Shown: one piece after another, positions 27,636-39,700 of the stretch | How the letters are laid out: the number at the start of each line of letters is the position of its first letter | Numbering within the stretch: the first letter of the stretch is position 1 | Assembly: GCF_000315625.1 (NCBI RefSeq) | Contig: NW_005434565.1 | Span: forward strand, 24,499 to 88,498 | Length of the DNA: 64,000 nt | Direction: 5' to 3' | Source: Guillardia theta CCMP2712 | Lineage: Eukaryota > Protista > Cryptophyta | The notes under the pieces: model-generated | The model's database searches: none | Told to the model about the DNA's origin: nothing | The model's input: the letters and a program-made list of their open reading frames with translations, nothing else | Program-made: the position numbers and the translations under genes

Positions 27636-29002
27636 GCTCACGAAGGTCAAGGATTCCTCCTGCTTGACCCTGCCAAGAAACATGTTAACTTTTCATTCCT
27701 CCTCACAGAAATGCAGATCTTGACAATGAAGGGGAGACTTCGGTGAGGAATTAGAGCCAACAGCAAACTTGTAGAGAATTGGATCAAAAATTACTCACAC
27801 GCGATCAGGTACTGGTGTATCAAGTCTTTTTCAGCCATCACACATATGATTTCTGCCAAACCTTCCCGATCCTAGCTAATGCCATCCATGTCCATGCACA
27901 ATCCGTTTACAGCATCCACTGATACAGTATCGAACAAGAACAAAAATGCGGAATCTTTTCACTGAGGGAATTACTTCGTCGTATCTAACATCAGTGCTCA
28001 CAAGGACTCTTACACAAGAACCTAGTTCCTCACACCCTCTTGCTCGCTTGAAGGGATCCTGTCATCCCCTCTGCTGAAGCCGAGCCCTTTGGAGCAATGC
28101 TCTCGTCCCTCCCGTTCAATGATTGTCATAATTCTCGTCATTCTACCTTGATATGAATGTCTAGAAACTCTTATGGCTCCATGTCCTTCTTACTCCATGA
28201 ACAGCTTGCTCAACTCGTTCGCTTCATCTTCCTCTCCGTCCTCGACCTCCTCCTTCTCATCCTTGTCCAGCATACAAGCATCCTACTATTTTGCTCAGTC
28301 TCCTCGCTCTTCTAGACATCACACTGGTGCTGACCCTCCTCCCCCTCCTCTGCCTGCGCCGCCATTTTCCCATCCTCGACCGCATCGTCATTGCACGCGC
28401 CCTTTACCCCCACCCACCCCTTCTGTTCCATTAAAACTACCCCGCTTTGCAGCTATCACAAGGGTACTCAGATGGAAACAAGGGGTACAATCTCTATGCC
28501 TCACTCAGGAGGGATAGGGTGTCCTCTTCTAGTATGGGGTAGTAATGCAGCAATGGCGGGAGAGGGGTGGGGTTAGGGTATACCCTACCCCAAGGAAAAT
28601 AACCCCTAACATGTGATGGACCCACCGAGCTCGAGTGATCGCACGGACTGACTACCCCCTCTTTCAGTACCACCCACCAGTTAGAAATATACGGCTACCC
28701 CTCCCCTACATCACCCCTACGTCGTACCCCCTGCCATGTCCAAGAGGACAGCAAGGACCCAGCAAGAGACCCTCATCCCCCAACACGTTGAACGTTGAAA
28801 CTTCAGTGAAACTTAGCGGATCTGCACCTTCCGATCTTCCGATTGATTCGGCTCTCAGCTTATTAGGGAGAACAATGCAGACAGGCTCTGTTGTCAGACA
28901 AACAATACACTGAGATTTTACTCCGCCTGTACATACCACCAGCAACATCGTAATTAATCTACACATATCTCTCGTTCTCGTTCTCTCTTCGTTCTCGTTT
29001 TC

Positions 29003-32000
29003 TCACGAAGCTCTCCTTCTCTCCCTCTTGGAGACCATGCCCCGCTTCCTTTCTCTTGCCAAGCGTCCAGCTCTTGAACACTCTGGCAGTTGCCTCCTGA
29101 ACCAACGGGTCAACAAGGAGGAGGAGTTCGAGACAGCCGCACCATCATCTCCTTCCTGCTGTCTGCAGCTATAAGGCGAGCAGCGCGAGAGAAGAGCGAA
29201 GAGCTGTCAGAGCTCTGGCTCGCATGCTCGGAGCTCTCCCTCAGCATCTGCTTCACCGATTCCTTCCATTTGGTGGCCTCGAGCTCCTGCAGGAAGGAAA
29301 GGCAGAGATGCTCCCATACGCCTCGAACAGACACTGCAAGCGCGTCAGGCAAGAGCGAACGCGAGAGGAGGAGCTAACCTGCAGGGTGGCTCTGGTCGAA
29401 GCAACTCTGTACATGCTGCTGGAACACCTTGAAGGATTCGCTTCGTAACTTGAAAAGACTGCGATCCGAGAGGAAGTCCTGCAGACTTCGCTCCTCCCTC
29501 CTACTCTGCGTCCCGTTCTCCTCTACCTCTTGGTCGTAGTTGGCTGCAATGTCTGCGAGGCTCGACCCGCTGCCATGTCGGCCTCCTGAAGCGACGGGAG
29601 AATGAGGAGCCTGAGGCGCATGACTGGTGAGGGATGTACAGGCGCACGGTTCAGCAAACCGTTGCAGGAGGAGGCGGAGGAGGCGGCGGGTTGGGCACGC
29701 TTCTCAACTTGGGAGAGACGATAGGATTCTCATGCTAGGCGGAAGGAAACTCAGTTTCAAGCCGCAGGTGAAGGAGGATTTCTTACCAACCCATTAACGC
29801 GACTGCCCTGCAGTCTCTCCGCCTTGGTGTGTGTTTGGCTGACCTGTGAGAGTGGTCAGGACCGCGAGTGCAAGTGACATGAACCTGATGGTCCGCAGGG
29901 TGCGACCCGTTCCTCCTCTCATAGTCAAGCTGCTCCAGCACAAGTCAGACCCGAGCGATGAGCATCTTGACACTGCAGGCTCACGTGCGATCTGGCTGAT
30001 GTTCCGTCCTGGGACTGAGACTGGTCCTCCGAGTCACTTTCATTCTGCACGAGTGATTCTGTGCGTGGAAATCGCCTGCAAAGTCACGAGGCAGGTGAGA
30101 GGGGTGAAGATCGAGCTCAGTAGCGACCTTGCATAGAAGAGGATGTAAGCATTCTGCCTCAGGGCCGTATCCAAGTCAACTTTCATCGTATGACTGCAAG
30201 TTCCTCAGCTCCTGTCCCCCACCTTACTCCTCTCCCACCTGTCATCCATCTGGTACCAACTACCCTCCTTGTGCTTGCACGCATGCTTCACGTACGACAA
30301 GTAGTGTCCATATTGCAAGCTTGAGCCCTCGTGAACAAGAACCTGCTGTGAGATCAGATAGACCAGCCCTGCCTTCTCCTCCTTTCCCTTGGCCTTTCGC
30401 CTTCTCCTCGACCTTCTCCTACTCACCCCATATAAATCATAGATCGAGTTGTTGAAGTGTCTCTCAGGACTGCATAAGGAGTTTAGTTGCGCCACAATGA
30501 GATCAAGTGTGGTACACCACCTTGTAAGATATGGTCTCATGTCCAAGACGGCTGGATAAGAGATCGATCGGCTGATCTTTCCTCCATGCAATCCCCTGTC
30601 CAATCAATTTTCAGCGTTCCTTAGCTCGAAGCATTCTTTTCCTCTCCTTCTCATCCTTGCCCAACACCCCATGTGTTGCTTACCAGAAACTGAATCGCTT
30701 GAGCTGTACCACAAGAATGTTGGGCAGCGTGTGTATCCTCAGCTGTTTAGTCGCCTGGGGTGGCCAAATAGTCAGGGTTGTTGATATAAGCTTTTTGTCT
30801 CACTCACTTGACTTCGTCGTTTGCATTTTTCACACAGATAGGCGTTACTCATCCCAAGTTGCTCTTCGATGGTGTACTGCAAGAGACAATCTGCTCCACA
30901 AGGTCACAGCCGATCAGCAAGTACCTTCAAGCGAGGCACCTTCCAGCGTGTTCGCATTCTGAATCTCAAGAGCCAAATCCGTGATGAGATCGAAGGTCTT
31001 GGAAGATCCTCCGCAGCTACGACATCTCACCTGCACGGCATCAGGGCCACAGAGTTGACAGAGACGCACTCATCACTTCACTGCAGATCTTTCCACCAAA
31101 GATCTGATGAATGCAAGTGGTCAACTCCAGATGTCGATTCTTCGATAGCCATTCCTGTACGAGAATAATTGAGAATTCGCCACTATCATGCGCTGCTGCA
31201 TACTTGTGGAATGTTGTACGCTTTCTTGTAAGCTTCGAGCTCTAACCTGATGACAAGTGAGGGGAGGGAAGAGTTCATCTGCATGGTGCCTGTGAAGCTT
31301 CTCTAACAGGTTTACAAGGTATTCGTGGGCATCCTCTTGTTCACCAACGTGATGCGATTTGATAATGTTGTCTGGCATGTAGAATCTTAGTGGTCGAGAG
31401 AAGTGGGTTGAGCAAACCTACCAAGATGCTTGAAGAAAGGCATTGGTCGCAAAGAAGTGTTTGAAGATTGAATCATCTTTAAACCGCATAAGCAGCATAG
31501 GCCTCTGAAAAGTAGTACTTCACCTTCATCATGCAGTTTTCGAAAGTTGCGTGGAAGTCCGACTTTAGGTCATGACGTTCCAGAAATTTGACATGGCTTT
31601 GCATAAAACTTCAAGTCATCCCAAGTATGTAGGCATTCTTTTCAACCTATTTTCTGTCTCCATCTTGTTAATAAGGGTTGGAGTAGCTACCAAACACTGT
31701 AATCGTGTCAGTTAAACGAAGTGCGAACCGAAGCAAGGTTACCTGCAGGACCGAATTCATGAAGCATGTGTTGCCCAAATTTACCAGTCCGCTGCTTCCT
31801 GCGATCTCAAGCTGCCAGACGTTCTCAAGACATCGAGCGGGGAAGAATTCGTCTGCTTTAGCCGCTGAGAAGGAGAAAGATGTAAGAACGAACAGACTCA
31901 AGTCAGGGAGGAATAAAAACCAGCAGGCGCTGTAGCTCCATTATCTGGCATATCCGGGTACTGGATGCCTGCGATCTCAGAGAGAGCGGCAGGAGAGATC

Positions 32001-32337
32001 CAGCATCTTGCTGTTGTAGACTAGTCAGCAGCACCTCATCGTCTCTGATCTTCACCTAAGACATCGCAATCCTTTTCCTCCCACGGCTTCACAAATCTGA
32101 GGATACCCTGCAGAAAGCTTCAGATTGTTCCTCGAGTACTGAGGATGGAAAGATGCAGTATTGCACGTGCCAATGCACTTCACAGGAATCTTTTCAATGT
32201 TATCACTCCAACATCTCCCAGTGATCTGATGCACTTTTCTGCTAGCTGCTCGCCCGTAAAAAGTTTCCTCGTTGACACTCTTAGCTCTGCCTTCCGCTCA
32301 CCACTTGTTCTATTTGCTCTCTCCTCTGATCAATCAT
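29003..32337 (-). CDS. Ubiquitin-specific protease (peptidase C19, USP36/42-like), multi-exon; start uncertain
   Basis: Cys box GLVNLGNTCFMNSVLQ, QEDAHEYL, LPNILVVQLKRF, His box LVHEGSSLQYGHYLSYVK...WYQMDD. Confidence 0.88.
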
Positions 32338-33407
32338 CTCATGAAGACAGAAGTTTCATCGCTCATCAATCCATTGCTGCTTCATTCCCTTGATAGCTTC
32401 ATCCATGCTGGGCGGTCATCCTACACGTTTGATCCTTCGTCAACGTCCCTCACTGCTTTCTCGCACTCAACTATCTCTCTCGCTCTCACAGTGATATGCC
32501 ATCCCGCTGCTCGTTTCGCTCTCCCCTCTCTCCCCTATCTTTCACCCCCTTGCCCAGCTCCGTCCGTCACCTTCCGCCCCTTTACCGCACAAACCCCATT
32601 TCTCCATCTTTTCGCTTTCCTCCTCCCCGCCATTACTTAGTAGTGGGTAGGGGACAGACGATGAAGGGTACCTTTTTGAAGAAAGAGGTACAGGTTTTCA
32701 AGTACCCCCTTCTTTACCCGTATTTCTTAGTCATGATTACCAGTAATGAAATTTCAAGTACCGGTACTTGTATGATAAAGGGGGTAGGTAAACACATGAC
32801 ACGGGTGGACGAATCACGTGGGTATCTTCCTTCTGAGGAACAACTTGAGTTGAAATTATGTCCTTTACAAGGAACAAATCTCCCCGGCCCGGCCCGGGCC
32901 TGCCACAAGCCTGAGTGCGGTACTGCGGCAGCCGATCACTTGGAGAATGTAACGGTCATAACGGTGATACAATCAAAGTAACTAAATATAACGACCAAGT
33001 TAACCGTCGGCATGGCGGAGGAAGGGGGTAGGAAAGGGCACAGAGAAGAAGGGAGAGACAGAGGAAGAGAGGAAGAGAGCGGCAGGAGGAGTCGATACTT
33101 GTAAGCTGACACAACAAACCGAAGAATGGGACAAGATATGCAATCGAATATCTTGTGGAGCTGAAACCTGTAAAAATTAGCCTCGTTCACCTACAGCTCT
33201 TCAGTTAAAGCCGATCAAAGCCACGGATGTACACTGAATGGGTATGAAGACAGCTCCATCTTAGAAGAAATCTTTTTTACATCATCTTTACCGACTGAGG
33301 CTGAAAGTTTCTTCGGAGTTCTTTACACTTTTTGTCGAGGGTTCACGTGACATTTGAAACTGTGTGAGATGGATAGGAACGGGATGTTGTAGGAGGTCTT
33401 CCATCCG

Positions 33408-36400
33408 ATGGTAGCTGCAGCATCACGGATTGAAGGGAACATGGGAGAGGGAATAAACAGGGAGCCTTCATTCCAGGAGGAGGAAGATGAATTCTCCGGC
33501 GTCTACTCCATAGACGTTGCAGTGCGGGTGCGACCGTTGAATAGTATGGAGCTAGCGGACTCGCAGCTGCACACTGTGCGCGTGATGGATGAGAAGATAG
33601 TTGTGGTGCTCGATCCTTCCAAGCTGGAGGGCGGGAACGAAGACGACTACCTCCGAGCGCACAGGTGAGTGTTGGGCTCTTGATAACCCCCTTGCTGTTT
33701 CCTGAGGTTTTGGACGTAGGTCAAGGGAAAGGAGGTACACATTTGATCATGTCTTTGATGAGACGGCCTCACAGCAAAAGGTAAGAGTTTCTATCATGTG
33801 CTCCTACTCAAGAGTTCTCTTGATCACTCGTCCTTGCCCACTTCAGGTGTATGCCGCAACGACTGAGAAGCTCATTGGGGGAGTGATGGAGGGGTTTAAT
33901 GCAAGCTGCTTTGCGTACGGCGCAACAGGGGCAGGAAAGACTTACACAATGTTGGGGAATAAGGAGAATCCAGGATGCATGCTCCTGACAGTTGGGGAGC
34001 TTTTCCATCGAATCGAAGATGACACGTCGAAGACTTATAGGGTGTACCTGACGTACCTCGAAGTTTATAACGAGAACATCCGCGACCTGCTGAACCCGAG
34101 CACGGGATATCTCGACCTGCGAGAGGACCCGGTGAAGGGTATCTGTGTGGCTGGAATCACTGAATTCAGCACAACCAACGTGGGGGAGACGATGGAGCTG
34201 TTGCAGAGGGGGAACCTGAACCGGACTGTGGAACCAACCAAGAAGAACGAGACGTCTTCGCGATCGCATGCGGTGATGCAGATCATGATTGAGGCGAAGG
34301 AGAAGACAGCGGACATCAGTGAACAGGTCAAGATCGGAAAGCTGTCCTTGATCGACCTCGCAGGCTCCGAAAGAGCTTCAGCAACTGACAATAGAGGTGC
34401 TCGGCTTGTGGAAGGAGCAAATATTAACAGGTCTCTCCTTGCTCTTGCGAACTGCATCAATGCTCTCGCATCGGATAGCGAGGCAGCAGCTCGGGCCGGA
34501 AGGAATGGGCGGAGGCGCGTGCGATCCAACTTCGTGCCATACCGAGACTCGAAGCTGACTCGACTGCTGAAAGATTCCTTCGGAGGAAACAGCCGAACGG
34601 TCATGATCACCAACGTATCACCGGCAGGCAACCAGTACGAGGAGACGGTAAACACACTCAAGTACGCGAACAGAGCCAAAGACATTAAGACCAAGGTCGT
34701 GCAGAACGTGGTGGAGCTGGATGCGCACGTGCTGCAGTACCAGAACATCATCCGCGAGCTGCGGTCGGAAGTCAACGAGCTCAAGCTGCAGCTTGCTATG
34801 CGAGAACACCACGTTCCTCTTCCTAGCATCGGGGTCAAGAAGGAGAGGAGCGGGGCAGGCTCGCCGTTTGAGGTGCCGAGAAGCGGGTCGGTCATGTCGG
34901 GGAAGGAAGAGAAGGAGGAGGAGAGCGTGGAGCTGCTCAACCTGAGGAAGAGCATGGGGCGATCAGGACGCTCGAGGAGAGACGTCCGCACTCAGGTATG
35001 ACTAGTGTGCTGGAGTCCCCTCCTCCTTCCTTGGCCTCCTGCTCCCTCCTCCTGAGCTGCTCCCTCCTGAGCTGCTCCCCAGACCTCTTGTTGTCGTTCT
35101 GTATCTCACTTGAGTCCCGCCAGATGAGCGAAGATGCGCAAGAGCTGGCGACGCGAGCGAAGGGAATCTTCAAAGACCGTGCCAGACTGCTGCGAAGGCT
35201 CATCGACATCGAGGAAGCGATCTACAGCTCCAAGATCGACCTTGCCGTAATCGGAGTGAGGAAGCGAAGGGAGGAGGAGGGGGAGGAGCGGAAGACTTCC
35301 AGCCCGTCGGGAGATGAGGAAAAGGATGAAGCTGAGCTTCAAAAGCAGATCAAAGAAAAGGTGCTGAACACTCCTCCTCCTCCTCCTCCTCCTCCTCTGC
35401 CTTCTATCCTGCCTGTCCTTCGCTATCTTGTTGTCATTTCATTCTTCGCTCTCCCATCTCTTTCATTCCTCTCCTTCCTCTTACTCGTCCTCCCTTGCAG
35501 GAGCGGCAAGTTGCCGCATTGGTCTCGAAGCTACGGGAGAACGAGGAGGCCGGCAAGGAGATTCAGCTGGCGATGAAGAAGAGGATCGCGGACCCCAACC
35601 AGCTCGAGCGACTGGCCATGCTCGTCAAGAACCACATCCTCGAGATTCAAAACATCGAGCTGCAGCTCCGTGACCGTGCCAAGGAACAGCTCAGCCATCG
35701 CCTCCTCAACGAGGTTGGAAGGAACAGCCAGATCGCCTCCTTCCTCCCCAAGATCGACATCGCCCGACGCCCTGTCTCTCCCAGCAGACAGGTCTGCTGA
35801 TCCCGCCCCACCTGCCCCTCCCATACACTTGTTCCTGTTGCTTCTCCCTCCTGATCTGCTTGGCTCCTCCTCCTCCCTCCCGGCAAAGCGCGAAGCCTAA
35901 CAACTTCTCAGCTCTTCACTCCCTCGACGCGCGTTCCTCCTGCTGTTCGAGGCATGCAGGTGAGCAGAAATCCTCTGCGGCCCCTTCGCTTTCTCCTCTC
36001 GCCTGCGCCGTATCCCCTTCGTTTCTGCTCCTCTTCCCTGTCGCTCTCCTCGTCGTTATTTTACTCCCCCCCTTCTCCTCCTCTCGACCTGACTGTCGCT
36101 TAAGGCGTTCGGAAACGCCGCAGAAATCACATCAAGTCGCGTCTACCAGCTGGGCAGGTAGAGCAGCAGCAGAGGACAGCGGGGAGAGCGAGAGGGTGGG
36201 GAAGGGCAGGAGCAAGGAGGGTGGAAACTTTATTTGTCTGAGTTTTTGCCATCCAGCCGCTTGGGCAGCATCTACATGGAATTAGACGAGGAGGAAAGCG
36301 ATACTGTCAAGGACGGACAGCAGGGGTAGACTCCTTTCCTTTCCTCCTGTCGCCTTCATGACCAGAATCACTCTTCTCCCTTCCTCCTCCTCCTCCTCCT

Positions 36401-38861
36401 CCACTCTCCTTCCCTTCCCTCCTATCATTCCTCAACCTCTTCCCTCCTCCACTTTTCTCCTCTACTTCCTCTTTCCTCCTACATCTTTCACTTTTCTTTC
36501 CGCTCCTTGTAGTCGAACGCTAATCTTCTCACATTGCCTTGCAGGACCCAAGAGGCGTCGAGGAGGAGCAGCGTGAGGAGCAGCGTGGAGGCAACGGATG
36601 TGATCGTGTCAGACGTGCCGACTGTTGACCCCGTGGAGGAGCTGAAGAAAGGAGACACAGTGAGAATATCTCCTGCCCGCGTCGATAAGGTGAGAAGAAG
36701 GGGAGGCGTGGAGAGGGAGGGAAGGAGGAAACCAGGACGATGAGGTGGGGGGTTGAAAGAACGAGGACGAGGACGTGGAAGAGGACGAGACTTATATTAA
36801 CAACAGAAGGCACCTCGAGGAGGAAGTGGAAACGCACAACAGACGAGCCACGAATCTATCCAAGAGCGACAGATTGAGAGGTGAGGAGAGGATGTAGGAG
36901 GGAGGATGGAGACGTGCTGACAAATGCGAAGATACCGCGAGAGGCTGCAGCAGAGACAAGAAGTTCTCCGCAAGCAGAAGGAGTTCCAAGCTGCTCATTC
37001 CGACAGGTGGAAAATCATCTCTACCTTCTCCCCGCTGACTCGACAATCTTGCATAGAAAACGATACCGGCAGATGGCAGAAAGAAGGTGGGACATTCCCT
37101 CTCTCGAGCCTTCGTCCACATCATCATCATCATCATCATCATTTCTCTGACACAACTTCATTCGGCTTTCTCTGCCTCCGATGCCTCCTCGTTCTGACAT
37201 GCCAGCAGACAATCCATCGATCGCCCTCCCATTCGTCATCCCAGCGCCGAGAGAAAGGATCTCGCGCTGGAAAGAAAGCTGTCGGACGGTAGCGAGAGGA
37301 GGAGATTTACCCCGGAGAAGTCCCAGGGGCAGGTGAAATGCATTTTCCTCCGCATTCTTTTCCCTCCCTCCTCCTTCTCTCACTTTCTGCAAATGTGACC
37401 TTTTTCTCTCTCCATCCTCGCCCTCCGACTTCATCCTCCTGTCCTGACTCGTTGTAGGATCAGGGGCTCAACATGGACAAGACGGAAATCAGAAACATCA
37501 TGAAACCTCTCCAGGTTTGACTTCCTCTCCTCCCCTGCTCTCCGCGCTCTTGCCCTCAGTCCTCTTGCCCTCCCCTCACAATGTTCTCACTCGCTTCACT
37601 TGCAGGCGGAAAGTCAGGCAGACCGTCTCCTTGAGCTTCAAGAGCGATACAACCTTGGCAAGCAGGTTCTCCTCCTCCTCCTCCTCCTCCTCCTCCTCCC
37701 TCCCTCCCTCCTCCTCCTCCTCCTCCTCCTCCTCCTCCTCCTCCTNNNNNNNNNNNNNNNNNNNNNNNNNNNNNNNNNNNNNNNNNNNNNNNNNNNNNNN
37801 NNNNNNNNNNNNNNNNNNNNNNNNNNNNNNNNNNNNNNNNNNNNNGTCCTCATCTTTCACTTCAGAATGCTGCACAAAAGAAACATGTTCGAAACAAGAT
37901 TATCAGACTACAGGTGCCACTGCTCTAACTGCCTCCTTCACGCATGTTCTCCTGCTCCCTCACACCAACTCTACCCATCCCTCCTGCCCCCGTCTGTGTT
38001 TGGCTTCTCTGCTGCTTTTTGTCTTGTCTATCTCAAGTGCTTGCAGGCGAAGCATGTGAAGCCGAGCGAGCCTGAGGCTCCTCTCTCAGCTGAGCGGTAG
38101 GGAGGAGGAGGAGGAGGAGGAGGAGGAGGAGGAGGAGGAGGAGGAGGAGGAGGAGGAGGAGGAGGAGGGATAGGCTGAGGTGCTGGCAGGGGGTCGGAAG
38201 CGAATCCATACGAAAAGCCTCGACATGGCCCGATGAGGAGGCGACTAGAAGGATGTGAGGGACTTGTGGCCTCTCCGACTCTCCGCTTGACTCACCTCTC
38301 TCCTCTGCCCCTCACTGTGCTTGTTCCTCTTGCTTCCTCCTGCCCTCCCCTTGTCGCTGCTCTCCTCGACCTCTGCTGACGGGGTTGTAGACGAGCATGG
38401 TCAGAGCCCCTTCGCCTCCAACGAGAAGATGTCCATCGCCAACGGATTCTCTCACAACCAGAAGCTTGCAAAGTGAGGGGCCGGAGATGCGATAAAGAGC
38501 GCTAGGGGAAGCAGAGGATCAGCAGCAGAGAGGAGGGAGGAGAGATTCATGGAGGAGGAAAATAGGAGAATAGAGGAGAGAGGAGGGGGAGGGGGAAGGG
38601 AAGGGGCGATCCATAATGAGCCTGTGCAGGGACAATCCGTACGCGCAACGAGGAAGCGGGCTCAACAACAACCAGAACCACATCTTCGACAACCTCCGAG
38701 GATACCCCCCTCGTGCGAACCCTCTCCTCGCACGTACGATGAGACTGACAGCTAGAGCAGGTGATCCATACATGTTCGAGGTGCAGCGAGCGCGACAGGT
38801 GACAAGGAGAGAGAGAGAGGGAGAGAGCGTGACTTGTTGGCAGATGAGAGGCAATCAATGA
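33408..38861 (+). CDS. Kinesin motor, kinesin-8 (KIF18/KIF19)-like, with long coiled-coil tail; multi-exon, spans an N gap
   Basis: VAVRVRP, P-loop GATGAGKTYTM, NETSSRSHA, LIDLAGSERAS, EGANINRSLLALANCINAL, VPYRDSKLTRLLKDS, NTLKYANRAKDI. Downstream exons encode coiled coil; the 3' exon assignment is less certain. Confidence 0.9.
37746..37845. other. Assembly gap (100 N)
   Basis: Run of N next to a (TCC)n tract. Confidence 1.
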
Positions 38862-39041
38862 TCATGATCTTTGTTATGTAAGTGACTTTAAATTAATGAA
38901 TGTGAGTGAGCAAGCAAGAAATGCCTCTTGACACTTGTACAATCACTAACTTTAATCAACAAGATGTTTTCCTTTACCAAACTTTCCTTCGTTGGAAATA
39001 CTTGCAGCACACTCGCAGCAGCTGTACTGGTCCGGTGGCAT

Positions 39042-39700
39042 TTAAGCAGAAGGAAACTCTGCATGCAACAAGTCACATCAAGGCCTTGTGCTGCGCATGC
39101 TAACTCACGTCTCTGGCACTTGGTGAGCATGTCCATGTAGAACTGGCAGGCAGAGATGTCTCCGCCGGAGTTCTTCACGCACTCTTGGAAAGTGCTGTAC
39201 TCGTTGGCGCACTGCATGGGACTCGAGCCAGCTGCAATTCCCGTCAGTCCCCTCCTCTTTCCTCGCTCTGCCTCTTCCAATTCACCTGGGGCCGCAGGAG
39301 CTGCAGGAGCTTCCGGGGCAGGAGCGTTGTTGTGCACATGCTCGACCTTGCGAGGACCCATGATGGAGTCGACAGCATGATGAGCAATGGCACTGCCAGT
39401 TCCGAGCGCCATGCCCTGGACGACACCTCCCATAATGCCAGAGAGGAATCCTCCGCCGCCGCCAGGTGCCTGAGCAGGGGGGGCGGCAGGAGGGGCCATG
39501 GCAGGAGGGGGGGCCATGGGATGAGGAGCAGAAGCAGGAGTGGCGTGGTGCTGAGGGTGTGCGTTGTTGTAGGCAGGAGGAGGAGGAGGAGGAGCTGCAG
39601 TGGTCCTAGCCTGGGTGGATGCCGGCACAGATGGAGATGTGACGGTCTTAGAATGAGTGGGCGCAGGGCGCGAAACGGCAGTTCGACGAGATGGAGGCAT
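39042..39700 (-). CDS. CHCHD2/CHCHD10/Mic17-like mitochondrial twin-CX9C protein
   Basis: Basic, Pro/Ala-rich N-terminus; GFLSGIMGGVVQGMALGTGSAIAHHAV hydrophobic motif; C-x9-C...C-x9-C (CANEYSTFQEC...CQFYMDMLTKC); two short introns. Confidence 0.9.

Noticed and set aside
33342-33352. TCACGTGA E-box upstream of the kinesin gene
   Set aside because: A single 8-mer that also occurs at a 3' end (~19722); no support for function.
34065-34991. 308-aa minus-strand ORF
   Set aside because: Antisense shadow of the kinesin motor exon; no independent motifs.
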